Part shown: piece by piece, positions 33,378 through 41,713 of the stretch
Numbering within the stretch: position 1 is the first letter of the stretch
How the letters are laid out: every line of letters starts with the position of its first letter
Notes under the pieces: generated by a model
The model's input: only the letters and a program-made list of their open reading frames with translations
Told to the model about the DNA's origin: nothing
The model's database searches: none
Program-made: the position numbers and the translations under genes
Source: a virus
IMG/VR virus record: IMGVR_UViG_3300045988_122072
Coordinates: 64,001-128,000 of that record
Direction: 5' to 3' (one strand)
Length of the DNA stretch: 64,000 nt

Positions 33378-34280
33378 GCTACTCAAGTCTTACAACCTCC
33401 ATGTGGTGAGTAGTGGGTAATGCTAATAGTAAGATATATTTATCATTCCCAATAATGACTTAGATATCATGATATCAACATATCAAATTGGGTGTCAGCC
33501 GTCAGGCACTTTAACGGCGTCATATCCTCTTTTAGTGTAAAGGTTGCACACCTCCAGTCAAGGAGCAGGAACGGTTCGATTCCGTACAGAGGACGGTTTG
33601 ACACAGCCGGAGTGTTATCTCTGGCATACGGATTAGCGTATGCAAAGCATTTGTCTTCGGATGGTAAAAATGCGAGAGAAGTCATCCCCTTGAACTTCTC
33701 ACTACATACATCCCTAGTGGTTGTTATGCTGAGGCCGATGATGGGGCGGTCGTTTATAATACCCCATTCAATATGCCGCTGTGATGGAATGTATACATCT
33801 TGGTCTCAAAAACCAAGGCTCGAAAGAGATTGCGTGGTCGAACACGTCAGCGGTACCATTTGCGGTTATCCTAAACCGCATATATGGCGGATTCGTTCAT
33901 TGGAAGGACACTCGGCTTTGACCCGAGAAAGGTTGGATCGTTACCAACATCCGCTGCCAGCCGATGAAACAAAGGCTTTGTTAGGTGGTGTTTGTGGAGG
34001 CTCTACCCGTAGGTTTGATGTTATCTTGTAAAGAGATGGTTCCTACGTCCTAACTTAGATCTTTCACAAAAACATCAACACATAATTGTCTTATCGCACC
34101 TCTGTTTAGCATTGCAAGTGCCCCAGATAAGCCTTTTGGAGAAAAATAAAATCCTATTTTTTCATAAGGGCGGACTGAATAAGTTGGTCATATTGAGTCC
34201 GTTCTAACTTTTGGTTGTAATGTAGTTGCTGAGTGGCTGATTGCTGACCACATGAAGCCATTCGGTAACGGCCAAAATAT
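33378..34280 (+). ncRNA. large structured non-coding RNA region B (about 0.9 kb, may be more than one RNA) with embedded tRNA-like element
   Basis: The only long ORF (33492..34031) lacks an RBS and translates to Arg/Ser/Cys-rich text. Hairpins include 33379-85/33407-13, GCATACG/CGTATGC 33624-43, CTTGG/CCAAG 33799-817, CTC-GAAA-GAG 33819-28, GCGGTT/AACCGC 33862-79, 33911-15/33923-27 and 33932-36/33944-48. Confidence 0.5.
33525..33594 (+). tRNA. degenerate tRNA-like element (6-nt anticodon-type loop AGTCAA; no CCA)
   Basis: Acceptor TCCTCTT/CAGAGGA (one mismatch); D arm GTGT-AAAGGTT-GCAC; CTCC-AGTCAA-GGAG; T arm ACGG-TTCGATT-CCGT. Confidence 0.35.
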
Positions 34281-34355
34281 GCGGGTGTAGTATAATGGTT
34301 ATTATGTCTGCCTTCCAAGCAGAAGATGGGGCTTCGATTGCCCTCACTCGCTCCA
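34281..34355 (+). tRNA. tRNA-Gly(TCC), CCA encoded
   Basis: GCGGGTG/CACTCGC acceptor; TCTGC-CTTCCAA-GCAGA anticodon arm; GGGGC-TTCGATT-GCCCT T arm; T-CCA end. Confidence 0.9.
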
Positions 34356-34487
34356 CCGCTCTCGCGGATTCTCGGCGATACTTCCAACAAGTATGCGAAG
34401 GAGAAAAATGGTATAAGTCTCACAATTACTACCTGCTGCTACAGGTTGACTGAATAAAGGTAATTCTTATTAGAAAGGAGTAGGCTT

Positions 34488-34760
34488 ATGTATCAAAACG
34501 TAATTGTTGGCGTTCCTTTGGTTGGAACTCCTGCGGAACTTTTTGGTTCTAGTCTGGAAGATTGGGCTCTGAACGAATCTGAAGTTACTCTTTTGACAGA
34601 AGAAAGATTTCTTCCTCGGATTTTAGTTGAAGCGGGGATTGTGAAAAGTACTAGCGAAGTTCGCAGAAATAGACCTGACCTTTGGAGAGAACTTAATGAG
34701 TTGGATTTCTTTCAAGTAAAATGGGGAAAGAAGTTTTTGTGGATTCTCGTTGGTGAATAA
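34488..34760 (+). CDS. small S4-fold / TyrRS C-terminal-domain-like RNA-binding protein (tentative)
   Basis: RBS GAAAGGAG. LVEAGIVKSTSEVRRN ... VKWGKKFLWILV resembles the TyrRS C-terminal LxxAGLxxSxSEARR ... GKKKxxLI pattern (from memory). Confidence 0.4.
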   Translation: MYQNVIVGVPLVGTPAELFGSSLEDWALNESEVTLLTEERFLPRILVEAGIVKSTSEVRRNRPDLWRELNELDFFQVKWGKKFLWILVGE

Positions 34761-34766
34761 AAATAT

Positions 34767-34842
34767 CAGGATGTAGCTCAGTAGGTAGAGCAATTGCCTT
34801 TTAAGCAATGGGTCGGGAGTTCGAGACTCCCCATCCTGACCA
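34767..34842 (+). tRNA. tRNA-Lys(TTT), CCA encoded
   Basis: CAGGATG/CATCCTG acceptor; GCTC-AGTAGGTA-GAGC D arm; ATTGC-CTTTTAA-GCAAT anticodon arm; GGGAG-TTCGAGA-CTCCC T arm; A-CCA end. Confidence 0.9.
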
Positions 34843-34978
34843 GTAAGCCCTATTAGTTATGTTTACGTTTGTATGGTTTAGTTCATGACTGTACTGTTAT
34901 CTCTGTAAAAAACTAGCGATAGCGCTGTCGTGTTCTGCGGACGTAGGGCTAAAAATATTAAGAAGGGGATAAGATTAT

Positions 34979-35221
34979 ATGAGAATTAAAAACATTAATG
35001 AAATCAATGATTTTCTTTGTGCTGTAAAGCAATGTTCTGGAAATGTATATTTGACTTCTCCAGAAGGTGATAAATTTAACCTTAAATCTGAGTTTTCTCA
35101 ATATATTGCGCTAGGGGCTTTGCTTGGAGATAAGGGTGATTATCTCGAACTATTTTGTGATAATAAAGCAGACGAAACTTATTTCTTTAATTTTTTCAAC
35201 AATCATCCAGATATTAATTAA
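34979..35221 (+). CDS. hypothetical protein
   Basis: ORF track; RBS GAAGGGGA. Confidence 0.45.
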   Translation: MRIKNINEINDFLCAVKQCSGNVYLTSPEGDKFNLKSEFSQYIALGALLGDKGDYLELFCDNKADETYFFNFFNNHPDIN

Positions 35222-35231
35222 GGAGGTAAAT

Positions 35232-35393
35232 ATGGATACTAAAACGTTGAAAGACATTATTGCCACAAGAATTCAGGCCGAAAATGGTAATCCAACGGGG
35301 ATATCATTCTTGTATTCGATTGTGCAAATGGTTAATGAACTAGAGGAATTAAAATTAGAAAATGAACGTCTTAAGCAAGAACTATGTAAGTAA
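35232..35393 (+). CDS. hypothetical small coiled-coil protein
   Basis: ATG 35232 behind RBS TAAGGAGG. Confidence 0.4.
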   Translation: MDTKTLKDIIATRIQAENGNPTGISFLYSIVQMVNELEELKLENERLKQELCK

Positions 35394-35398
35394 ATTAT

Positions 35399-35446
35399 AA
35401 CCCGTGCTATCAATGGATCGGGTAGCATGGGTTATTATTTTTTTGT
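35399..35446 (+). terminator. rho-independent terminator (probable end of the RNA-island transcription unit)
   Basis: AACCCGTGCTA ... TAGCATGGGTT stem followed by ATTATTTTTTT. Confidence 0.7.
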
Positions 35447-35459
35447 TATTAGGAGAGAT

Positions 35460-36104
35460 ATGATGAGTAAGTGGAAGCAAGTAACTATAATTTTTGGACT
35501 TTTATTATTTGTAATTATTATTAACATATTGAATAAAAAAGATTATGTAGCATCAGAAAATGCTAGTTTATATAAAGAACCTTTATTCATAGAATATGAA
35601 TCAGAAACAAACCCGCCAATTAACAAGCTTAATATTTATGAACAGGCAGTACTATATCAGGAAGAAATTTTCGAACAGCAACAAGAAACATTAAAGCAAG
35701 AAGAATTAGATGATATTTTATCAAAGTGTAGTATATATTGTGACGTGTCTGAAATCAAATTTGTAGATACAGATACACAATATACAGATTATGAGAAACA
35801 ACTATTAGCCCAATGTCTATATTGTGAAGCCGGAAGCACATCATGGGAGTGTCAAGTAATTACATTGTCTGCCATTCTTAATCATTGTGACGAATACGGT
35901 GGATTATGGGTATTAAATTCTGAAAATCATTTTGCAGTTGCTCCATATTATCAATATGTTATGCCACAAGAAGAACAATATAAAGTTGTTGATTATGTAT
36001 TATCTGGACATAGAATTACAGACGTTGTATATTTTAGAATACATACATTCCATAGTTTTGGTACGCCAATGTTATATGTAGATGGAGTATATTTCTCAAA
36101 ATAA
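35460..36104 (+). CDS. membrane-anchored cell-wall hydrolase (SleB / Hydrolase_2-like)
   Basis: N-terminal TM segment. EKQLLAQCLYCEAGSTSWECQVITLSAILNH resembles the SleB-family signature. ATG 35460 behind RBS AGGAGAG. Confidence 0.55.
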   Translation: MMSKWKQVTIIFGLLLFVIIINILNKKDYVASENASLYKEPLFIEYESETNPPINKLNIYEQAVLYQEEIFEQQQETLKQEELDDILSKCSIYCDVSEIKFVDTDTQYTDYEKQLLAQCLYCEAGSTSWECQVITLSAILNHCDEYGGLWVLNSENHFAVAPYYQYVMPQEEQYKVVDYVLSGHRITDVVYFRIHTFHSFGTPMLYVDGVYFSK

Positions 36105-36133
36105 AATAGTGGGCAATAACCCACTATTTTTTT
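36105..36133 (+). terminator. rho-independent terminator
   Basis: AATAGTGGG-CAATAA-CCCACTATT followed by TTTTT. Confidence 0.8.
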
Positions 36134-36143
36134 ATGCAATGGG

Positions 36144-36171
36144 TTGACAAATTGTAAATACATGATATACT
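36144..36171 (+). promoter_or_regulatory. sigma-A-type promoter
   Basis: TTGACA, 16-nt spacer, TATACT. Confidence 0.6.
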
Positions 36172-36184
36172 AATACAGGGTAAA

Positions 36185-36199
36185 CAATACAAAATTAAT
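36185..36199 (+). promoter_or_regulatory. leader motif copy (CAATACAAAATTAAT)
   Basis: Exact 15-mer 14 nt after the -10 box. Confidence 0.6.
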
Positions 36200-36215
36200 A
36201 GAGGATGGTGTATAT

Positions 36216-36371
36216 ATGAAAACAGATAAGTATATTTTATTTTTCAAACACAATGGAGTTAATAAATGGATTGACGCAAATAATCTATCACTGCTTAAAA
36301 CAGTGCCGAATATTTGCGGGTGGATGACAGAATACAAAATTATTGACAGTATAACTGGAGAGGAGGTATAA
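36216..36371 (+). CDS. hypothetical small protein (51 aa)
   Basis: Hand translation MKTDKYILFFKHNGVNKW...; RBS GAGGATGG. The stop lies 1 nt before the next ATG. Confidence 0.35.
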   Translation: MKTDKYILFFKHNGVNKWIDANNLSLLKTVPNICGWMTEYKIIDSITGEEV

Positions 36372-36372
36372 A

Positions 36373-37473
36373 ATGAGGGTGTATATGGACAATGCTGCTA
36401 CAACTCCCATTTGTGAAGCAGCAAAGAAAGCTATTCTAGAAAATTTGGATGAGTTCTATAATCCCAACAGTTCTTATGAGACGGCTCGTACTGTCAAAGT
36501 AAAGGTAGAAGAAGCACGTGAAAAGATTGCGGAATTGATTGGGGCAGAATCCAACGAAATCTATTTCACGTCTGGTGGATCAGAAGCAAATTCATGGGTG
36601 ATGTGTAATGGATTTTCTGTTGCTTCTAATATTGAACATCATTCTATTAAATCAGATTTTAAAATTAATGTAAATTCAAATGGATTGATTGATTGTACAA
36701 AGTTTAAAACAAAGATACATGAAATGAAAGACAATGATTTTTGTATTTCACCAAGCATTGCGTCATGTATGTTTGTAAATAACGAAATAGGGGTAATTGA
36801 ACCAATTAAATACTTGGCAAAGATTGCACATGACAATAATATGTTGTTTCATTCAGACGCAGTACAGGCCTTCCCTCATATGAAGATTGATGTAAAAAAT
36901 CTTGGCGTAGATATGATGTCGTGTTCGGGGCACAAGTTTGGCTCTCCTAAGGGGATCGGCTTCCTGTATATTAAAAATGGAATTAGTGTTAATCCATTAA
37001 TTAATGGTGGCGGACAAGAAAGAGGGATCCGAGGCGGCACGACCAATGTACTGGGCATCCTTGCAATGGCAGCAGCTTTAGAATATACAATCACGCATAT
37101 GGATGAAAATAATGCTAAACTCTCTTGCTTATCAAAGAAATTAAAGGATAACTTACTTGGGGTAAAAGGAGTCACACTTAATGCAATTGATGCAAAAACT
37201 CCATGTATAGAAAGTATTTTAAACCTCAGGATTGACGATGTGAAGAGTTCTGACCTAGTCACAATGTGTGATCTATATGGCATTGAGATTAGCTCTGGGT
37301 CGGCATGTAACGAAGGAACAGCAGAACCTTCTCATGTGCTCAAAGCTATTAGGCTCACAACCGAACAGGCATTAAGCAGCATTAGAATCTCACTATCTCA
37401 TCTAAACACTGAAGAAGAAATCGACTATGTTTCTAAAATGTTACCAAAAATTATTTCCAGATTACGCCAGTAA
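36373..37473 (+). CDS. cysteine desulfurase (class V aminotransferase, NifS/IscS-like)
   Basis: PLP-lysine motif SGHKFGSPKG and active-site SSGSAC. Confidence 0.85.
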   Translation: MRVYMDNAATTPICEAAKKAILENLDEFYNPNSSYETARTVKVKVEEAREKIAELIGAESNEIYFTSGGSEANSWVMCNGFSVASNIEHHSIKSDFKINVNSNGLIDCTKFKTKIHEMKDNDFCISPSIASCMFVNNEIGVIEPIKYLAKIAHDNNMLFHSDAVQAFPHMKIDVKNLGVDMMSCSGHKFGSPKGIGFLYIKNGISVNPLINGGGQERGIRGGTTNVLGILAMAAALEYTITHMDENNAKLSCLSKKLKDNLLGVKGVTLNAIDAKTPCIESILNLRIDDVKSSDLVTMCDLYGIEISSGSACNEGTAEPSHVLKAIRLTTEQALSSIRISLSHLNTEEEIDYVSKMLPKIISRLRQ

Positions 37474-37478
37474 GGTAC

Positions 37479-37506
37479 TTGACAAATGAAGATTCCATGC
37501 TATAAT
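37479..37506 (+). promoter_or_regulatory. sigma-A-type promoter
   Basis: TTGACA, 16-nt spacer, TATAAT. Confidence 0.65.
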
Positions 37507-37508
37507 AA

Positions 37509-37523
37509 CAATACAAAATTAAT
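37509..37523 (+). promoter_or_regulatory. leader motif copy (CAATACAAAATTAAT)
   Basis: Exact 15-mer 3 nt after the -10 box. Confidence 0.6.
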
Positions 37524-37541
37524 TGAAAGGAGATTGACACC

Positions 37542-37712
37542 ATGACAGAGGACAATCGTATTAAGGAAGAAGCCAAGAAGCAGAGAAATTTTTGGACATG
37601 TCCACGACCAGTGACTAAGGTTCTGCGCAACGCTAAGGCATACAACAGAGCCAAGGATCGTAAGGATAAACGATTGTATGAGGAAGATGAGGGTGTTGTC
37701 GAAGAAAGATAA
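37542..37712 (+). CDS. hypothetical small basic protein (56 aa)
   Basis: Hand translation MTEDNRIKEEAKKQRNFW...; RBS GAAAGGAG 9 nt upstream. Overlaps the start of the next gene. Confidence 0.3.
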   Translation: MTEDNRIKEEAKKQRNFWTCPRPVTKVLRNAKAYNRAKDRKDKRLYEEDEGVVEER

Positions 37713-38106
37713 AAGTTATTTTAGAGCAGCTCAGGCAGTTAGTACACTATCGGATTTTAAAAGAGTAAATGTAGGAGCAGTATTGGTTTATAAACACAGA
37801 ATTATTTCTAGCTCTTGCAATTCTCAGCGGACGCATCCTTTGCAGCAAAAACTTAATAAAGAGCGTTTTGAAGAGGAAACTCCTGCAAAGCTACATGCTG
37901 AAGTTAGTTGTCTTATTCCGCTGCTTGGAAATAAAGATATTAAGTGGAGAGATTGCGAACTCTACGTATACAGAGAATATAAGCGTGGTGGGCTGGCGAT
38001 GAGTCGCCCTTGCCCCTCCTGCCAAAAATTAATTAAAGAACTTGGCATTAAGACTGTCCATTACACGACTAACGGGGGATATGCCACAGAAGAATTTGAA
38101 ATTTAA
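37678..38106 (+). CDS. dCMP deaminase (start 37678 or 37687)
   Basis: Zinc motifs HAEVS ... PCPSCQKLI. Confidence 0.8.
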   Translation: MRKMRVLSKKDKSYFRAAQAVSTLSDFKRVNVGAVLVYKHRIISSSCNSQRTHPLQQKLNKERFEEETPAKLHAEVSCLIPLLGNKDIKWRDCELYVYREYKRGGLAMSRPCPSCQKLIKELGIKTVHYTTNGGYATEEFEI

Positions 38107-38116
38107 GGAGATAGTT

Positions 38117-38275
38117 ATGAAAGAAGCATATTCTAATCTATGTAAAGCATGTTATATTCGCATTATGAAGCCTTCAAAGAAAGAAATTAAGAAAATTGTA
38201 ATGACGCCATATGAAACAGAATGTGAATGTTGCCATAAGACCAAACAGGTGGTTGATTATGCGGAGGACGATTAA
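38117..38275 (+). CDS. hypothetical Cys-rich small protein
   Basis: ATG 38117 behind RBS TAAGGAG. Confidence 0.4.
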   Translation: MKEAYSNLCKACYIRIMKPSKKEIKKIVMTPYETECECCHKTKQVVDYAEDD

Positions 38276-38508
38276 TGAAAGGTCTTCCATCTAAAGAAAT
38301 TATTATGACAGAGATCAAGTCTCTAAAAGGCGAAACATTTTATGTTACAACGACAGCTTTGCGCGACATATATTATATTTATAAAATTGCGGACAATGTT
38401 GCTACAAAACTTGGTAGTGGAAAGAGCCCAATGGTTTTGGAAGATAAGTACATTGGAGACCGAGATAAAGCATTAAAAAGATTGGAGAAAATGATAGATG
38501 GGCAATGA
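38275..38508 (+). CDS. hypothetical protein
   Basis: ORF track; RBS GGAGGA; TAATG overlap with the upstream gene. Confidence 0.45.
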   Translation: MKGLPSKEIIMTEIKSLKGETFYVTTTALRDIYYIYKIADNVATKLGSGKSPMVLEDKYIGDRDKALKRLEKMIDGQ

Positions 38509-38896
38509 ATATAAAGATTATTATGAAGACCTTTATTGTGAGTTTGAAGACAGAGTTGAGGCACTAGATTTTCTACCGGATGGCTGGGTTAATAGTTTTG
38601 TGCCAAAGCTGAAAGAAGAACTCTTTGGTATTATTGGTAGTTATACTGAAAACTTTGAAATTGTACAGGCGAAGGAAAAGTGGGGAGAACTAAGAGTGTA
38701 TTGGAGCTGGGAAGACAAGGATTATTCCGACCTAGAAGTTGCTGATATGAATGAATTATATGACAAGATTGAAAATATACTTGAAAAATACGCCACTATT
38801 AGCCGGAAAACTTGTGCGGTGTGTGGAAAGTTAGCGACGTCATATACGACTGGATGGGTACTTCCTGTTTGTGAAGAATGCAAGGAGGAAGCGTAA
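38498..38896 (+). CDS. hypothetical protein with C-terminal CxxC...CxxC
   Basis: ORF track; operon context. Confidence 0.5.
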   Translation: MGNEYKDYYEDLYCEFEDRVEALDFLPDGWVNSFVPKLKEELFGIIGSYTENFEIVQAKEKWGELRVYWSWEDKDYSDLEVADMNELYDKIENILEKYATISRKTCAVCGKLATSYTTGWVLPVCEECKEEA

Positions 38897-38935
38897 TTAT
38901 GACAGAAGAAAATAGTATAAATATGGAGGGCAAAG

Positions 38936-39757
38936 ATGACATCTGAAACTAAAATCTTAGTTTTTCAAAAGCTTTTAAATGAGTTTGAAACAGAAGAAAT
39001 TAAACTATATTGCGAAGATATGATTGAACAAATTCCAAATTACATATTCGATATGCCAAGTAGTACAACAGGTAAGCACCATAATAAAACACAATGTATG
39101 CTTCATGGGCAAATTTACCACATCATTATGTTTGGAACAATTGCAAATTATAGACTTGGACTTAAGTATAATAAAGAAAAGAAGTTCCCAGACCCAAGAA
39201 TTAGAGATGCTATTAGATGTACAGCGATTTTCCATGATGCATTGAAATGTGGCGACGGAACATCTCAATATACGGTTCATGAGCATCCTCTTCTCGCGGA
39301 AGAATGGATAAGAACAGCAAAAGTCAAACATGATATTGATTCAGAAATTAAAGAGTTTATGGCACATCTTTGCGCAGCACATTCAGGAGAATGGACAACT
39401 GCAAGACGTGGAAGTAAGACCGTTCTTCCAGAACCTCAGAATGAAGCTGAAATTTTTGTTCACGAATGTGACTATCTTGCAAGCCGTAGCGATATTGATA
39501 TGACAATTCCAGAATATTTGAATGAAATTTTCTCAGAATCTGACGTCAATGCAGTTAACAATTTTGATGTAGATAATTATGTAATGCAGTTTGGCAAATA
39601 CAAGGGACAGAAAATTATCGATGTGTATCATGAACATCCAGACTATTTGCAATGGTGTGAAGAAAACATTGGCCGCAGAGATGTTCTAGATGCTATTGCA
39701 GCTTGTAAGAAGAAAGCGGAAGAAAAGATTGAGGCCGATGACGATATTGATTTGTAA
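38936..39757 (+). CDS. HD-domain phosphohydrolase with C-terminal DUF3820-like tail
   Basis: GKHHN ... IFHDALK ... HECDYLASR (H...HD...D pattern). C-terminal FGKYKGQKIIDV...PDYLQWC. Confidence 0.6.
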   Translation: MTSETKILVFQKLLNEFETEEIKLYCEDMIEQIPNYIFDMPSSTTGKHHNKTQCMLHGQIYHIIMFGTIANYRLGLKYNKEKKFPDPRIRDAIRCTAIFHDALKCGDGTSQYTVHEHPLLAEEWIRTAKVKHDIDSEIKEFMAHLCAAHSGEWTTARRGSKTVLPEPQNEAEIFVHECDYLASRSDIDMTIPEYLNEIFSESDVNAVNNFDVDNYVMQFGKYKGQKIIDVYHEHPDYLQWCEENIGRRDVLDAIAACKKKAEEKIEADDDIDL

Positions 39758-39858
39758 TAAATGGAGCTATTAATGAGCTTACAAATACACTCAATGAGTG
39801 TAAAGTTTGTAATTGGGTAGCAAAAACATCTACATGGAATTAATAAGGAGAATAACTT

Positions 39859-40338
39859 ATGAGCACGAATTTTTATATGATTACAAAGAACAAAAAGCTG
39901 GCTCAACGGTATGCCCCGTATTCTTATGAACTTACAGATGAGCCATATTTTGGGTATGAGATTCACGTAGCCAAGACTAGTTGCGGCTGGCTTCCGGCTT
40001 GGCAGGGGCATAAAGATGGTATTAACTCTGTAGCAGAATATAAAGCTGCATATGATACTGGTGAATTTAAAATCTATGATGAATATGGAACAGAATACAA
40101 TTGGGACGCTTTTGATGATAGAGTGATTAAGTTTAATGGCGGCGTTCTTGGAGCCAAGAAGCCAGAGAAGATTGAACAAGACAAAGATTCTCGCTGGTAT
40201 GATAAAAATCTTCCAGACTATGGCCCAATTAGTCATATTCCAGAAAGCCTACAGAGCTATAAGTTTGATAATTGGTTTGCAAATGACCACTTCAAAGATC
40301 CTGATGGATTTGAATTTTCAATGAGGAGCTTTTCATAA
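39859..40338 (+). CDS. hypothetical protein
   Basis: ORF track; RBS TAAGGAG. Confidence 0.5.
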   Translation: MSTNFYMITKNKKLAQRYAPYSYELTDEPYFGYEIHVAKTSCGWLPAWQGHKDGINSVAEYKAAYDTGEFKIYDEYGTEYNWDAFDDRVIKFNGGVLGAKKPEKIEQDKDSRWYDKNLPDYGPISHIPESLQSYKFDNWFANDHFKDPDGFEFSMRSFS

Positions 40339-41444
40339 TGTATCATCTTGAACTTAGAGATTTTATTCTCTCCCATGAAAACTGGGAAGAACTACTTACA
40401 ACTGATCCTTACAACCTAAAGATTTCTCGTGATGGCGATTATATTATGTTCAAGTATAATCAAATCTCTTCTGACTTCACAATTCCCCTGGTTCGTGAAG
40501 CACGTGGAATTATTTTCAGAGAAAGTGATTGGGGATGTGTCTGCGAAAAATTTACAAAATTCGGTAATTACGGCGAGTCTTATTGCCCAGACATTGATTG
40601 GGCAACTGCTTCTGTGCAGGAAAAAGTTGATGGATCGCTTATTGGCATGTTTTATGATAATGGATGGCATATTTGTACCAATGGTACGATTGATGCTTTT
40701 AAAGCGGAGCTTAATGATGTGAAGTATCCTACTTTTGGTGCTTTGGTAGAAGATGCTATGCCAATATCATGGGGAGAATGGGAAGAAACAGCAGATCAGA
40801 AGTGTACATATATGTTTGAACTTGTGTCTCCGTATAACCGTGTCGTAATTCCATATGAAGAAACTAAGCTATATTTTCTTGGTATGCGCGATATGGAAGA
40901 TGGGAAAGAATGGAATCCAGAAGATTCTGATATGAGCTATGTTTTTGAAATGCCTAAGCGTTATCCTCTTCATTCTCTTGAAGACGTACAGAAGGCAGCA
41001 AATGCACTTCCTTGGGACGAAGAAGGTTATGTTGTATGTGACGCAAAGTTTAACAGAGTCAAGATCAAATCAAGTGCTTATATTTTAGCACATTATGCTC
41101 GTAATAATGGAGTAGTCAATACAGAACGTCTTGTTCAAATTGTGCTTGATGGAGAACAGGAAGAATTCCTTACTTATGCATCCGATTATGCTGACGAGTT
41201 GAAGCAAGCGGAAGAAGCAATGCATGAGATTGGATACAAAGCACTTGATAAGCTTAAAGAAATTTTTAACATGAAAGAGTTTGAAACTCGTGGTGCTTAT
41301 GCTCGTGAAGTTATGAAATACCCAATGTATATGAAGGATTTTCTATTCCATTGTTTTGATTCTAGAATCTTTTGGGATTATGCAAAGTCTTGGGATACAA
41401 ATAAATGGGTTAAAGCTATTAATGAATTAAATGGAGGTATTTAA
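40338..41444 (+). CDS. ATP-dependent RNA ligase (KxDG nucleotidyltransferase, Rnl1-like)
   Basis: Adenylylation motif QEKVDGSLIG; size and context fit phage RNA ligases. Confidence 0.7.
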   Translation: MYHLELRDFILSHENWEELLTTDPYNLKISRDGDYIMFKYNQISSDFTIPLVREARGIIFRESDWGCVCEKFTKFGNYGESYCPDIDWATASVQEKVDGSLIGMFYDNGWHICTNGTIDAFKAELNDVKYPTFGALVEDAMPISWGEWEETADQKCTYMFELVSPYNRVVIPYEETKLYFLGMRDMEDGKEWNPEDSDMSYVFEMPKRYPLHSLEDVQKAANALPWDEEGYVVCDAKFNRVKIKSSAYILAHYARNNGVVNTERLVQIVLDGEQEEFLTYASDYADELKQAEEAMHEIGYKALDKLKEIFNMKEFETRGAYAREVMKYPMYMKDFLFHCFDSRIFWDYAKSWDTNKWVKAINELNGGI

Positions 41445-41446
41445 AT

Positions 41447-41713
41447 ATGCAGAATAATATTGGATCAATTATTGGAATTATTGGAGTAGTGATTTTGTGG
41501 ATTCTTTCTCCTATCCTCATTTTTGGCGCAGGTTGGTTTGGTGGTTGGATTCTGATGAATATTGTTGGTGGAGCAATGGCATCTGGTCTAAACACACTAT
41601 TTGGAACGACTAGATTTGTTCCAGAATTAATTCCTGTTGTATGTGGAGCTCTAGCAGTTATTGGAAGTTTCTTTAAGGCTACTGTAAGTAGTAGCAAGGT
41701 GATGACAAAATGA
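41447..41713 (+). CDS. small membrane protein
   Basis: Gly-rich hydrophobic sequence with 2-3 TM segments; RBS GGAGGT. Confidence 0.5.
   Translation: MQNNIGSIIGIIGVVILWILSPILIFGAGWFGGWILMNIVGGAMASGLNTLFGTTRFVPELIPVVCGALAVIGSFFKATVSSSKVMTK

Noticed and set aside
33492-34031. 179-aa + strand ORF inside ncRNA region B
   Set aside because: It has no RBS, starts inside a hairpin-rich region and runs through a tRNA-like cloverleaf. Its Arg/Ser/Gly/Cys-rich composition and G+C content are unlike all neighbouring genes.
32400-34280. Identity of the large RNAs as RNase P RNA, tmRNA or rRNA fragments
   Set aside because: I found no GAGGAAAGTCC-type P4 sequence and no tRNA-like 5'/3' pairing with a tag reading frame ending in a CCA-terminated acceptor. 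I also recognised no rRNA signature. Only a covariance-model search can settle the class.
39643-40236. 197-aa minus-strand ORF
   Set aside because: It is antisense to two RBS-preceded + strand genes within a uniformly + strand operon. The hydrophobic, Ile/Phe-rich translation is typical of the reverse frame of AT-rich coding DNA.
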